Part shown: piece by piece, positions 1 through 10,490 of the stretch | How the letters are laid out: each line of letters starts with the position of its first letter | Numbering within the stretch: position 1 is the first letter of the stretch | Assembly: GCA_963677485.1 (NCBI GenBank) | Contig: OY781964.1 | Location: forward strand, 2,624,001 to 2,688,000 | DNA: 64,000 bases | From: Armatimonadota bacterium | GTDB taxonomy: Bacteria > Armatimonadota > HRBIN16 | Reading direction: 5' to 3' | Made by a program: the position numbers and the translations under genes | The notes under the pieces: generated by a model | Told to the model about the DNA's origin: nothing | The model's database searches: none | The model's input: only the letters and a program-made list of their open reading frames with translations

Positions 1-1
1 C

Positions 2-1399
2 ATGTTTATAAGTAAGCTGCAAGATATCGCCAAAGCGTCTGGAGGAGCCCTATGGGGCCCCGGTGATGTCGAGGTGAAGGGCGTAGCCATCGACAGCCGT
101 GCTGTCCAACCCGGCGATCTGTTTGTAGCTATCCCTGGTGACCGTGTAGACGGGCACCAGTTCATATCAGCTGCCATTCAAGCGGGAGCCGTGGCGGTCA
201 TGGCCAGCAATGCGGCCTACGTGCCTGAGGGTTTCCCGGCTGTGCTGATTGGCGATACCGTATGGGCCTTAGGCAATCTGGCGAAGTGCTGCCGTATGGC
301 CTGGCAGGTCTATCGATACGAAGTCGATGAAAACCCCAGCGCGCCTCTTGTGGCTGTCACCGGCAGCGTCGGTAAATCCACGACCCGAGAAATGATAGCT
401 GCGGTGATGAGTGCCAGTTACAACGTGCTGCGGACACCACGAAACTACAACACGGAGATCGGTCTGCCCCTGACCATCATTAATCTGAACGAACAGCATA
501 CCGCTGCGGTGCTGGAGATGGGTATGCGAGGCCGTGGACAAATCGACCTTCTGGCGGATATGGCTCAGCCCAATATCGGTGTCATCACGAACATCGGAGA
601 TGCTCATCGCGAGTTGCTGGGCAGCCGTGACGAGATCATGCTGGCAAAATCGGAACTGCTCAACCGACTGCCGGAAGACGGTGTGGCAATACTGAACGCC
701 GACGACCCTTATTACCAGCAGCTACGAGAACTGGTGCCTTGCCGTGTCATCAGCTTTGGATGCAGCGACTGGGCCGGGTTGCGGGCCAAGAATATTAAGG
801 CCTTTATCGATGGCCACGTGGAGTTCACTCTGCGCACAGGACAGCGGAACCTCCCAGTCACGGTGCCATTGGCTGGTACCCACAATGTGATGAATGCACT
901 GGCCGCTTTGGCCGTCGCCCAAGCCGCAGGTATTGATCTTGAGCTGGCGATCGAAATGCTGCAGCAGGTCAAGCCGCTTGATATGCGTATGAATGTTAAA
1001 ACACTGAAAAACAGCGTCACCATCCTGGACGACACATATAACGCCAATCCCACTAGCACACGGGCTGCACTCGACACGCTGGTCAGCATGAGCGAATCCG
1101 CCCGCAAGGTAGTGGTGCTGGGTGACATGCTGGAGCTGGGCGATAACAGCAGCAGCATGCACAGGGAAATCGGTCGGAATGTGGGCCAGGCAGGGGCGCA
1201 TCTTTTCATCGCCGTCGGCAGTAAGGCGCGTGATATGGTCGCCGGGGCTAAGGAGATAGAACGTCCACCGCTGTGCATGTGCTTCAATTCGAGTGTGAGT
1301 GCTGCGGCACATATCAATGAATGGATCATGCCCGGTGACATTGTACTGGTTAAAGGCTCGCGAGGCGTTCAGATGGAATCCATCGTGGAGGCCATCTAG
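2..1399 (+). CDS. murF: UDP-N-acetylmuramoyl-tripeptide--D-Ala-D-Ala ligase
   Basis: IDSR, VTGSVGKSTT P-loop, YNTEIGLP, EMGMRG, DDTYNANP, LGDMLELG and VKGSRG motifs; first gene of the dcw run. Confidence 0.96.
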   Translation: MFISKLQDIAKASGGALWGPGDVEVKGVAIDSRAVQPGDLFVAIPGDRVDGHQFISAAIQAGAVAVMASNAAYVPEGFPAVLIGDTVWALGNLAKCCRMAWQVYRYEVDENPSAPLVAVTGSVGKSTTREMIAAVMSASYNVLRTPRNYNTEIGLPLTIINLNEQHTAAVLEMGMRGRGQIDLLADMAQPNIGVITNIGDAHRELLGSRDEIMLAKSELLNRLPEDGVAILNADDPYYQQLRELVPCRVISFGCSDWAGLRAKNIKAFIDGHVEFTLRTGQRNLPVTVPLAGTHNVMNALAALAVAQAAGIDLELAIEMLQQVKPLDMRMNVKTLKNSVTILDDTYNANPTSTRAALDTLVSMSESARKVVVLGDMLELGDNSSSMHREIGRNVGQAGAHLFIAVGSKARDMVAGAKEIERPPLCMCFNSSVSAAAHINEWIMPGDIVLVKGSRGVQMESIVEAI

Positions 1400-2415
1400 T
1401 GACGGCATTTTACGTCGCCTTAATAGTGGCAGCCATCAGCTCTGCCGCGTTGGGATACCCCATCATCAAGGTATTGCGTAACCTTAAGGCGAAGCAGATC
1501 ATCAGCATGGATGCACCGAAACAGCATCAGAAAAAGGCGGGCACCCCCACCATGGGCGGGATTATTATCCTGGCTGGATTTCTGATCGCCTTGTTAATCA
1601 CTTCGATGATATACCCTGAGATGACGCTGGGTGCGAAATACGGAAACGCGCACCGCGCAGCGTTGGCGCTGCTGACCGTACTCTGCAGTGCTATCGGCTT
1701 TGCCGATGACTACCTCATCGTCAAGCGAGGGAAAAACCTCGGGCTGAAAGCACGCCAGAAACTGGCTATGCAGATCGTTGTCGCCGTGGCGTTTGTGGGC
1801 TATCTGGCTAGCACATCAGGTGCAGCACTCACCCTCGTCTATATCGCTCCGCATCACACTATCGACCTGGGGTGGTTCTACTATCCATTGGCCGTGTTGA
1901 TGATTGTCGGGTTGTCAAACGCCGTGAACCTTGCTGATGGGCTTGATGGGCTGTGCGGCGGGCTTACTGCGATTGCCGCCGCGGCTTTAGGAGCCTTGCT
2001 GATGACTATCAACCCCATCGGTGACTTTCGCCCCTGGTTGATGGCATTCAGTGGCGCCTTAGCGGGAAGCTGTATCGGCTTCTTGCTGCATAACATCCAT
2101 CCCGCAAAAGTGTTCATGGGCGACACCGGCTCATTGGGTCTGGGGGCCGCTTTGGGCGGACTCTGTATCATGATGAAGCAGGAGCTGATTGGGCTGATCA
2201 TCTGTGCTGTTTTCGTCGCAGAGGCCTTATCTGTGATGATTCAAGTGGGCTCCTTCAAACTGCGGGGTAAACGCGTCTTTCGCATGGCCCCTCTGCACCA
2301 TCATTTTGAACTTAGCGGCTGGAAAGAGACCAAGATCGTAGCTGTGTTTTGGGCATGGGGCATCGTATTTGCATTCATCGCGCTAGGGCTTGGAGTCTGG
2401 AGTGCCCGCTCATGA
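1399..2415 (+). CDS. mraY: Phospho-N-acetylmuramoyl-pentapeptide transferase
   Basis: KAGTPTMGG, GFADDY, NAVNLADGLDGL, FMGDTGS and MAPLHHHFE motifs; multiple TM helices; GTG start overlaps the murF stop. Confidence 0.97.
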   Translation: MTAFYVALIVAAISSAALGYPIIKVLRNLKAKQIISMDAPKQHQKKAGTPTMGGIIILAGFLIALLITSMIYPEMTLGAKYGNAHRAALALLTVLCSAIGFADDYLIVKRGKNLGLKARQKLAMQIVVAVAFVGYLASTSGAALTLVYIAPHHTIDLGWFYYPLAVLMIVGLSNAVNLADGLDGLCGGLTAIAAAALGALLMTINPIGDFRPWLMAFSGALAGSCIGFLLHNIHPAKVFMGDTGSLGLGAALGGLCIMMKQELIGLIICAVFVAEALSVMIQVGSFKLRGKRVFRMAPLHHHFELSGWKETKIVAVFWAWGIVFAFIALGLGVWSARS

Positions 2416-3809
2416 CGCTGCCCGATAACAACATCGCGGTATTGGGATTAGCTCGCAGTGGTAGTGACCTCATGCGTGCGCTGGTGGCTCTGGGTGCTGG
2501 CAGCCGCACCATCGGTATCGACCGTGGTGACCCGATCTCAAGCGACAACTCTTTTCTCTCTAGTCTGCAGCAGGCAGGCGTACGGCTTCTTCTGAACTAT
2601 GACGGCTCTCTGCCGGGCGACTGCGGTTTGCTGATCACCAGCCCGGTGATACCGGAAGACCATGCGATGATCCTGGAGGCCAAACGCCAGAATATTCCGG
2701 TCTGGGGTGAGGTAGAGTTCGCCTACCAGATACGTGAGGCGCCGCTGATCGCCGTCACCGGCACGAACGGCAAGAGCACGACCGCTATGATCGCCGCCGA
2801 ACTCCTGAACGCCGCATCAAGGCGGGCGTTGCTATGCGGAAACATCGCAGCAGACCATATTGCACTAACCTTGACAAAGGCGGCGTTACAGGCTGGGCCA
2901 GCCGATGTGCTGGTGGCGGAAATCAGCAGCTTCCAACTGGAGCAGACCGTGAAATTCCGACCGCGGTCGGGGGTATGGACTACCCTTTCTCCAGATCACC
3001 TCAACCGGCACCCGGATATGGAGAGCTACGCGCGGGCCAAGGCACGGATGTTTCTACACATGCAGCCTGAGGACTTGGCGATACTACCGGTCCGGCAGCC
3101 GGAAATCCGAGATTATATCAGCACCAAAGCGCGTATTTTTCTGTTTGATGACCAACCTGTTGCCGAAAATATGGATGCCATGTGGTGTACACCGGAAGGT
3201 CTCTACCTGCGGCGGCAAGGCTCGGAGATGCGGATTAGCGACATCGCGGAGTTTCAGCTCATCGGGGCCCATAACCGACGCAACCTGGCGGCTGCTGCGG
3301 CTGCCTGTCTGCCGTTTGTAGATGACCCAATGCGGCTTGCCGCTGGTATTGGCGCCATTCGCGCCTTGCCGCACCGTATGGAGCCTCTGGGGAGCGTACG
3401 TGGCATCCGTATGATCAACAACAGCATGTGCAGTAACCTTGAAGCGGTGATAGAAAGCCTGAGGGGCATGGAGTGGCCGTATGTGGCCATTCTGGGCGGC
3501 CTTGATAAAAGCGACAGTCCGTTTGAGCTTCTGGTGCCCATTTTACAGCAGTGCTGTAAAGCTGTGGTGGTCATTGGTCAGGATGGTCCTGCTATTGGTC
3601 AGAAGCTGGTAAGTGGTGGCTGGTCAAAGGTGTTAAGCGCCGATGACATGCAAAGTGCTGTGGACCAGGCTATGCAACTGCTGGTGGCTGGTGATGCGCT
3701 GGTACTGGCCCCCGGCTGTGCCAGTTTTGGGATGTTTGCCAATTTCGAGGATCGTGGCCGCGTATTCCGTGAGGTGGTAGGCAGCCTGGAGGCACAACAT
3801 GCGTCCTGA
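2412..3809 (+). CDS. murD: UDP-N-acetylmuramoyl-L-alanine--D-glutamate ligase
   Basis: GLARSG, VTGTNGKSTT, GNI, EISSFQLE, PDHLNRH, LPHRME and APGCASFGMFANFEDRG motifs; ATG 2412 overlaps the mraY stop (ATGA). Confidence 0.95.
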   Translation: MTLPDNNIAVLGLARSGSDLMRALVALGAGSRTIGIDRGDPISSDNSFLSSLQQAGVRLLLNYDGSLPGDCGLLITSPVIPEDHAMILEAKRQNIPVWGEVEFAYQIREAPLIAVTGTNGKSTTAMIAAELLNAASRRALLCGNIAADHIALTLTKAALQAGPADVLVAEISSFQLEQTVKFRPRSGVWTTLSPDHLNRHPDMESYARAKARMFLHMQPEDLAILPVRQPEIRDYISTKARIFLFDDQPVAENMDAMWCTPEGLYLRRQGSEMRISDIAEFQLIGAHNRRNLAAAAAACLPFVDDPMRLAAGIGAIRALPHRMEPLGSVRGIRMINNSMCSNLEAVIESLRGMEWPYVAILGGLDKSDSPFELLVPILQQCCKAVVVIGQDGPAIGQKLVSGGWSKVLSADDMQSAVDQAMQLLVAGDALVLAPGCASFGMFANFEDRGRVFREVVGSLEAQHAS

Positions 3810-4995
3810 GACCAACCATATTCGGAAGACTGAATCGGACCGTCAAGCCAACGCGCTGACTATCTTTGCCCTTACTTTCGTTGTGTTCATGTTGGGCACA
3901 TTCTTTATCTTCAACTCTTCGTACTCTCGTGGTCCGAATATGGAGTATCGCGAGCCGGTCACACAATTTGTGGCGGCCATCGCTGCAGTGTCAGGCATTG
4001 CCGTGCTGTACTGGATGCGTTTCAGGCTCGAACCCACAAAGAAACACATCTGGTTGATGGTGTTTTTCTGTATCTTGTTATCGCTCAGCCCGCTTTGCCC
4101 CGGGCTGGGAGTGGAGCGGAACGGAGCCAGGCGCTGGATACTGATCTATAAGCTCATGATTCAACCTTCTGAGATAGTGAAGTTATTGCTCATCATGACG
4201 CTGGCTGCGATTTTGGATCCATTCAAGCAGTCCAAAACTGCGACAGGTAACATTGCAGCTAGAAACGGCATCAACGCGTTGCTCTTAATCGGTGTTGTCT
4301 GTGGAATTCTCGTTGCCCTACAAGATGATCTGGGAACAGCGTTCGTGGTAGGAATGATGGGCTTGGTTCTGTGCATCATAGCAGGTGTGGATCTCAGGCA
4401 CATTATGATCAGCAGTGGTGCGGCTATCCTTATGTTTGTGTGTGCTCTTATCATGGAGCCATACCGGCAAGTCCGTATGCATGTATGGTGGGATCCTCTG
4501 GCCCATCTGAAAGATGAAGGGATGCAGACAGCCGAAACACTGATGGGTATTGGTCATGCAAGCTGGCTTGGCGTCGGCCTTGGCCAAGGCCGTATCAAAT
4601 GGAATATACCCGCAGCCAATACCGACTTCGCATATGCGACGGTGGTAGAAGAACTCGGCTTGATCGGTGCAATACTGTTCGCAATACTCATCTTCGCACT
4701 GGCCTATTTCTGCGTGTTAGGTGCAGCCAGATACGCTAAAAGCCGGTATACGATGCTGATAGGAACGGGCGTCGGTCTCTGGCTGATGATACAAAGCGGA
4801 ATGAATATGATGGTGGTGCTGAATGTGCTGCCCCCTACTGGCTTTCCTTTGCCTTTTGCAAGCAGTGGTGGAACTGCGATCTTCATGAACATAATGGCGA
4901 TCGGGATCGCCCTGTTCGTAGTGCTAGGCGATGCTCCTGTCAAGGAAAAAGTTGTCAAGCCCAAAGTGCCGAAGAAAGGTCAAGTTAGTAGATGA
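3799..4995 (+). CDS. ftsW: SEDS family peptidoglycan polymerase FtsW
   Basis: NGARRWI, QPSEIVK, DLGT, TDFAYATVVEELG and PTGFPLPFASSGGT motifs; between murD and murG. Confidence 0.92.
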   Translation: MRPETNHIRKTESDRQANALTIFALTFVVFMLGTFFIFNSSYSRGPNMEYREPVTQFVAAIAAVSGIAVLYWMRFRLEPTKKHIWLMVFFCILLSLSPLCPGLGVERNGARRWILIYKLMIQPSEIVKLLLIMTLAAILDPFKQSKTATGNIAARNGINALLLIGVVCGILVALQDDLGTAFVVGMMGLVLCIIAGVDLRHIMISSGAAILMFVCALIMEPYRQVRMHVWWDPLAHLKDEGMQTAETLMGIGHASWLGVGLGQGRIKWNIPAANTDFAYATVVEELGLIGAILFAILIFALAYFCVLGAARYAKSRYTMLIGTGVGLWLMIQSGMNMMVVLNVLPPTGFPLPFASSGGTAIFMNIMAIGIALFVVLGDAPVKEKVVKPKVPKKGQVSR

Positions 4996-6056
4996 AATTG
5001 TTGATGGCGGGGGGAGGCACCGGAGGCCACCTGAGCCCTGCGCTCAGTGTGGGTGAGGCCCTCATGGCTTTAGGCCATGAAGTGGCTTTCGTGGGTGCCC
5101 CGGACCGCATTGAGGGCCGTGAGATTCCGCAGTTGGGCTATCGCTTTTTTCCAGTCAAGGCGCGTGCCTGGAGCGGGCGCAACTTCCCATGGATGATCAA
5201 ATCGCTGTTGGATGCCCGCAAGGTGATCTCGCAGTTCGAACCGGACGCAGTGGTCTGCTTTGGTGGTTTCGCGGCCGCTTCAACAGCGCTGGCCCAAGGT
5301 CTGCGTAAGGGTAAGCTGATCATTCATGAAGGGAATGCCGTACCCGGCAGAACCAATCTTCTATTAAGCCGATATAGCCAGGCGGTGTGCGTGACTTTTG
5401 ACAACACGATCAACAGTTTCCATGCACCGCAGGTCGTCTGTACCGGCTATCCGCTTAGGCGGCAGTTCCTCAGCCTGCCGACAAAAGCGGATGCATTCAA
5501 GCAATTTTCGTTTAATCCAAAACGCCGTGTGCTATTCGTTCAGGGTGGCAGCCTCGGCGCACTCGCTTTGAATGAGCTGTTGTTTGCTGTCGCTCCAAAG
5601 CTGCTGGACCAGGGCTTTCAGATACTGCATCAGACGGGCTTCAGCAAAGCGGACGGGGTTTCAGATGCCACGCGAAACCACCCCAACTACCGCGGTTTTG
5701 AGTATCTATCCGCTCAGCAGATGGCTGCAGCCTACATGGCCGCGGACCTTCTACTGGGACGCAGTGGGGCCGGTAGCTGCACGGAAGCGGCGGTCACATC
5801 AACCCCCGCGGTTCTGGTGCCTTACCCGTATGCATACGCCAACCACCAGAACGAAAATGCGGTGCAGTTGCAATATTCGGGTGGAGCCGTATTGGTGGAG
5901 CAAAAGTCACTCACGCCAGACTCTCTCTACACGCTTCTTTCGGAGATGTTGTATGACATCCGACGGCTTGAAGCGATGGGTGTCGCCATACGACAGTGGT
6001 CGAAGCCTGATGCTTGCGATCGAATTGTGGATGTTGTGAAGGAGGTAGTCGCTTAA
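4992..6056 (+). CDS. murG: Lipid II GlcNAc transferase
   Basis: GGGTGGHLSP, HEGNAVPG, GGSLGA, RSGAG and HQNENA motifs. Confidence 0.96.
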   Translation: MKLLMAGGGTGGHLSPALSVGEALMALGHEVAFVGAPDRIEGREIPQLGYRFFPVKARAWSGRNFPWMIKSLLDARKVISQFEPDAVVCFGGFAAASTALAQGLRKGKLIIHEGNAVPGRTNLLLSRYSQAVCVTFDNTINSFHAPQVVCTGYPLRRQFLSLPTKADAFKQFSFNPKRRVLFVQGGSLGALALNELLFAVAPKLLDQGFQILHQTGFSKADGVSDATRNHPNYRGFEYLSAQQMAAAYMAADLLLGRSGAGSCTEAAVTSTPAVLVPYPYAYANHQNENAVQLQYSGGAVLVEQKSLTPDSLYTLLSEMLYDIRRLEAMGVAIRQWSKPDACDRIVDVVKEVVA

Positions 6057-6057
6057 G

Positions 6058-7446
6058 ATGGACATTAATAGCCGAGTTCACTTCATGGGCATTGGCGGAA
6101 TCGGAATGAGCGGAATCGCACAGATGCTCTACAAACAGGGATGGAAAATCTCAGGCTGCGACGCCTATGATACCGAAATGGTGAAACGCCTGCGTGCCAT
6201 AGGCATCCCTGTGAGCGTTGGACATCAGCCTGAACATATCGATGAGGTTGACGCGCTTGTGATCACCGCTGCGATCAAGCATGATAACCCCGAGCTTTTG
6301 GCCGCCCAAGCGGCTGGAGTGCAGATACTGCGCCGGTCTGAGGCGCTTGATCTGCTCATGCGCTCGCAGCAGGGGCTGGCAGTCACCGGCACCCATGGCA
6401 AGACCACTACCACCGGTATGTTGTCAGCCGTGCTTGAGGGAGCTGATCTGGACCCCTCGGTAGTGATTGGCGGTGATGTCCGGCGATATGGGGGAAACTG
6501 GCGACTTGGCTCTGGACAGTATGTGGCTGTTGAAGCGTGCGAGGCGTACGGATCATTTTTAGACCTGCATCCATTTGCGGCCATCGTCACCAATGTAGAG
6601 GCCGACCATCTCGATTACTATCATACCGAGCAAAACATGATGGAGGCCTACCGCACATTCCTGAGTCAAGTCAGCCCCGATGGAGTGATCGTGGTGCCCT
6701 CTGAGGATGCAAAGGCGGTGGCCGTCTCCGTAGACCATCCCGCCCGCATGGTGACCGTGGGTGAGAGCGAGACCTCGGATTATTGCTGGCGGCCGACCAG
6801 ACAGGGTATCTGTCTGCGAGATGCGCAGATGGTGTGGCACACGATGCCCATGCACGTGTTCGGCCTGCAGAACAAAGCCGATGCCGCGTTGGCGGTTGCG
6901 ATGGGGTTAGAGCTGGGGCTCACACCGGATCAGGTGGCCAATGGGCTGGCCCTGTTTCATGGCGTAGACAGACGGCAGCAATTTATCGGTCATGCTTTCG
7001 GTGTAGATGTTTATGATGACTATGCCCACCATCCCACCGAAATTGCGGCTGTGCTGAGAAGTTTCCGTGAGGTGATACAGGGACGGCTGGTGGTGGCCTT
7101 CCAGCCGCATCTCTTCAGCCGCACCGCTGACTTTTTCCAGCAGTTTGCCACTGGACTTGCGAATGGTGCCGATGAGTTGGTGCTGGTCGAAATCTACCCA
7201 GCCAGGGAACGTGCCGAAGACTTTCCTGGCATCAGCAGCTCCAGCCTGGCTGATACCGTACGGCTTGTGAAACCCTCGTTACCTGTGACGGTGGTGGACA
7301 CGCCACTTGCCGCAGCGGAGGCATTGGTAAAGCAGTTAAAGCCGACGGACACATTAGTGACACTGGGTGCTGGTGAGCTGAACCAGACAGCGATGTGGGT
7401 ATATGAGGCCTTATCGAGGGCTGAGAAGGAGAATGGCGGGTTATGA
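6058..7446 (+). CDS. murC: UDP-N-acetylmuramate--L-alanine ligase
   Basis: GIGGIGMSG, GTHGKTTTT, DHLDYY, DDYAHHPTEI and FQPHLFSRT motifs. Confidence 0.97.
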   Translation: MDINSRVHFMGIGGIGMSGIAQMLYKQGWKISGCDAYDTEMVKRLRAIGIPVSVGHQPEHIDEVDALVITAAIKHDNPELLAAQAAGVQILRRSEALDLLMRSQQGLAVTGTHGKTTTTGMLSAVLEGADLDPSVVIGGDVRRYGGNWRLGSGQYVAVEACEAYGSFLDLHPFAAIVTNVEADHLDYYHTEQNMMEAYRTFLSQVSPDGVIVVPSEDAKAVAVSVDHPARMVTVGESETSDYCWRPTRQGICLRDAQMVWHTMPMHVFGLQNKADAALAVAMGLELGLTPDQVANGLALFHGVDRRQQFIGHAFGVDVYDDYAHHPTEIAAVLRSFREVIQGRLVVAFQPHLFSRTADFFQQFATGLANGADELVLVEIYPARERAEDFPGISSSSLADTVRLVKPSLPVTVVDTPLAAAEALVKQLKPTDTLVTLGAGELNQTAMWVYEALSRAEKENGGL

Positions 7447-8432
7447 ATGTCTGGCTGTTAATGGGCGGCGATTCGGGTGAACGTGAGATATCGCTGAAAA
7501 GTGGTGCGAATGTCTATCAGGCATTGAAGAATCTGGGCCATGATGTCACACCGCTGGATGTGGTTTTCAACGCAGACAAGGCGTCGGAATGGGGTATCAG
7601 CAGCGACGAAACCCATGCGGTCGGCCTCGTGGAACTGGTGCAGCGCATCACAGATGCCGGTCCTGACGCCGTTTACCTCGCTTTCCATGGCTCACCAGGT
7701 GAAGATGGTCAGATTCAAAGCGTGCTCAATCTTCTGCGGATTCCTTATACAGGCTCCGGTGTGGCGGCCAGCGCGGCTGGTATGAACAAGATCACCACCA
7801 AACGGCTGATGGCACCCTGTGGTATGCCCATGACGCCTGATGTGGTGGTGACTGCAGCGCACATCGACTGGGAGCAGATTCATCAAGATGTCGCCGCGTT
7901 GGGTTATCCTGTCATCATCAAACCGGTGTTGAGCGGCAGCACAGTTGGGGTCACGCGGGCATTCAATGAGGCGGAGTTAACATCGGCGGTTGAGGAGTCT
8001 CTACAGACCGGTGACACACTCATCATCGAGCCAATAGTCACGGGGGTAGAGTTGAGCACTCCTGTGATCGGCGGGATGGACCCGGAAAGGCTGCCCTCAG
8101 TTGAGATTAAGCCGCAAGGCGGATTTTACGACTTCGAGCGTAAATACACCTTGGGAGCCACCGAGGAGATCATCCCTGCCGGCATACCGGCGGAGATCGA
8201 AGCCGAATGCCAGAGGCTATCTGCACTGGCACACAGCACCCTTGGATGTAAAGGGGTGACTCGGAGTGACTTTTTCTGGCTTCCCGAGACGAACGAGATC
8301 ATATTTCTTGAGATCAACACCATTCCTGGGATGACAGTCACCTCACTGGTGCCCCGCGCAGCCCAGCATGTGGGGGTGAGCATGGATGAACTGGTCAGCA
8401 GAATTCTTGGGATGGCCGATTTTGAACGGTAG
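7443..8432 (+). CDS. ddl: D-alanine--D-alanine ligase
   Basis: GGDSGEREISLKSG, HGSPGEDG, PYTGSG, FYDFERKY and LEINTIPGMT motifs. Confidence 0.96.
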   Translation: MNVWLLMGGDSGEREISLKSGANVYQALKNLGHDVTPLDVVFNADKASEWGISSDETHAVGLVELVQRITDAGPDAVYLAFHGSPGEDGQIQSVLNLLRIPYTGSGVAASAAGMNKITTKRLMAPCGMPMTPDVVVTAAHIDWEQIHQDVAALGYPVIIKPVLSGSTVGVTRAFNEAELTSAVEESLQTGDTLIIEPIVTGVELSTPVIGGMDPERLPSVEIKPQGGFYDFERKYTLGATEEIIPAGIPAEIEAECQRLSALAHSTLGCKGVTRSDFFWLPETNEIIFLEINTIPGMTVTSLVPRAAQHVGVSMDELVSRILGMADFER

Positions 8433-8441
8433 CTCAGGCCC

Positions 8442-9704
8442 ATGAATCAGTACGACTCTCAAGGTAAAAGGACAGGAGGCAAGCTGCCGAAACTGCGCGA
8501 CACGTATGGACCTCGTCACAGGGGGAAGGATCGTGTGCTGCCAAAACGCCCGTTTAACTATGAGCCGTACTATCGGATATGTCTTGCTGTCTTGTGGATC
8601 GAGATACTGGCTGCGCTTATCACGAGCAAGGGTATGGTGGTCAGGCATGTGGATATCAGCGGTAATCGTCTGATTCAACCGCCGGCTATCGAACGCTGTG
8701 TGGATTTTCGTACCGGCCAAAACTGGCTGTTTTGGCGGCCAGGAATACGTGAGAAACGGCTGAAGGCCTTCGCCCAGGTGAAAGACGCGACGGTCAAACA
8801 CAGTTGGGTCGGCACAATCACAGTCAAAATCGAAGAGCGGAAAGCAATTGGTATACTCGTTGCGCCTTTGATCACGCCACAGGGTAAAAGATACCAGACC
8901 TATATGCTGGCATCGGATGGGGTTCTATATAACAGGCTGACCAACCCGGTCAAGCTGCCACGCGTGGAGCTTCGCGGGCCGACAGAGTTGTTTTTGGGGA
9001 TGAATGTGTTTGATGGTATTAGTATCAAGCGCACCGACATCAAGAACCCCGTGGCTGTATACGAGTTGTTGACCGATAAGGAGCTGCTGAAAGGCGACCC
9101 CAGGCGAAAGATAGCCGCACTTCTCAGTAAGAAGACTCGGCACCTGTTCGACCCAGTCACCGGAAATCCAAGCAGCCTGGATGCCCGCATCAGTTTGGTC
9201 GATGACCTGAACAGCATCATCTCAAAAGGTGAGATCACGGCTGGTGGGATTTCATCTCGGGTGGAACTACCGCCAGAAATACGAAATGATATTGATTTAA
9301 GGCCTGAGGGCAAAGAGTTAGCGGACGTCAATCGCAAGTTGCTAGAGTTCCTGTTGCCTTCACAGATTGTGAGTTCACGGATACCAGGTGATTCATTACG
9401 TGTTGCAGTCAATACGCTCACTCAGGTTCTTCCGAAATACAGATTCCGTGTGAAAAGCGTCGTGGTTGACCCTTTTGGCTTTTTATGCTTTAATATGGAA
9501 TCTGGGGTGATTGTGAAACTAGGTGATGAAAACGACATGGAGGCTAAGCTGTTGATGCTCGATAAGGCACTGTGCAGTCGAGAAGGAAACACAGCGATCA
9601 AGATTGACGTGAGTGCTGTCACCGATGAAGCGGTGAAGTCTGGATCATCAGGTTACTTCACGACGCCCAGAACAGAACCAAATGTGCCAAAACAGGAGCA
9701 ATAG
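8442..9704 (+). CDS. ftsQ: FtsQ/DivIB-like cell division protein (TM + POTRA + beta domain) with an internal insertion
   Basis: Basic N-terminal tail, single TM, POTRA-like VRHVDISGN...ITVKIEER, C-terminal VKLGD...IDVS; located after ddl. Confidence 0.75.
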   Translation: MNQYDSQGKRTGGKLPKLRDTYGPRHRGKDRVLPKRPFNYEPYYRICLAVLWIEILAALITSKGMVVRHVDISGNRLIQPPAIERCVDFRTGQNWLFWRPGIREKRLKAFAQVKDATVKHSWVGTITVKIEERKAIGILVAPLITPQGKRYQTYMLASDGVLYNRLTNPVKLPRVELRGPTELFLGMNVFDGISIKRTDIKNPVAVYELLTDKELLKGDPRRKIAALLSKKTRHLFDPVTGNPSSLDARISLVDDLNSIISKGEITAGGISSRVELPPEIRNDIDLRPEGKELADVNRKLLEFLLPSQIVSSRIPGDSLRVAVNTLTQVLPKYRFRVKSVVVDPFGFLCFNMESGVIVKLGDENDMEAKLLMLDKALCSREGNTAIKIDVSAVTDEAVKSGSSGYFTTPRTEPNVPKQEQ

Positions 9705-9713
9705 GCCTTCCGT

Positions 9714-10490
9714 ATGAATATCTTTGCTTCCGCAATTAACGGAAATAAGTATATCGGTCCCTTGACCGCATTTGCGGTGGTATTGGGGGGGCTGATTGGT
9801 CTGTCGCTAAAAACGCAGATAAATCTGCGCCAACAAAGTTTGCCAAGCAACCGGTTCCCTGGACTGGCCAGTGCCTACCTTGATCAGCAGGATAAGTTGA
9901 AGGATGCCAATAGCGAAATCGCACGGCTGCGCATTCGCATCACCAAATACGAAAATGAGATGAGCAGTGCCTCTGGACGGGTGGAGCTGATAAATCAGTC
10001 TCTCCAGGAGGCTAAGTTCTTGTCAGGACTGACGGAAGTTCAGGGCCCTGGAGTTGAAGTGGTGTTGCAGGACAGCAAAAAGCGCAATACAGGCATGACT
10101 GGACTGGCACTTGAGAACTATATCATACATGATGTAGATATCCAGCGAATGGTGAACGAACTGCACGCCGCAGGATGTGAGGCTGTTTCCGTGAACGGCC
10201 AGAGAGTGGTGGCGAACACGGCGATCCGGTGTGTAGGGCCAAGTATTCAGGTGAATGGAATTGCACTCTCGCCCCCTTATATCATCAAGGCGATTGGCGA
10301 TTCAGAAGGTATGGCGACTGCACTAGATATGCTGGGTGGACTTATAAAGGATGTTGAGGCAGTAGATCCCTCGATGATCCAGCTTGCAAAAAAGACCACG
10401 ATCGTGGTGCCGGCATACAACGGCAGCAGCGTGTTTCGGTTTGCTAAGCCAGTGAAGGCGAAAAGCGCCGAATACGAGGTTCCACAATGA
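9714..10490 (+). CDS. DUF881 family protein
   Basis: TM plus coiled coil, GLTEVQGPGVEV, IHDVDIQRMVNELHAAGCEAVSVNGQR and PPYIIKAIGD motifs. Confidence 0.9.
   Translation: MNIFASAINGNKYIGPLTAFAVVLGGLIGLSLKTQINLRQQSLPSNRFPGLASAYLDQQDKLKDANSEIARLRIRITKYENEMSSASGRVELINQSLQEAKFLSGLTEVQGPGVEVVLQDSKKRNTGMTGLALENYIIHDVDIQRMVNELHAAGCEAVSVNGQRVVANTAIRCVGPSIQVNGIALSPPYIIKAIGDSEGMATALDMLGGLIKDVEAVDPSMIQLAKKTTIVVPAYNGSSVFRFAKPVKAKSAEYEVPQ

Noticed and set aside
8120-8150. Ddl as a D-Ala-D-Lac (vancomycin-resistance) ligase
   Set aside because: The omega loop ends in KY (Tyr retained) and the gene is in a normal dcw context.
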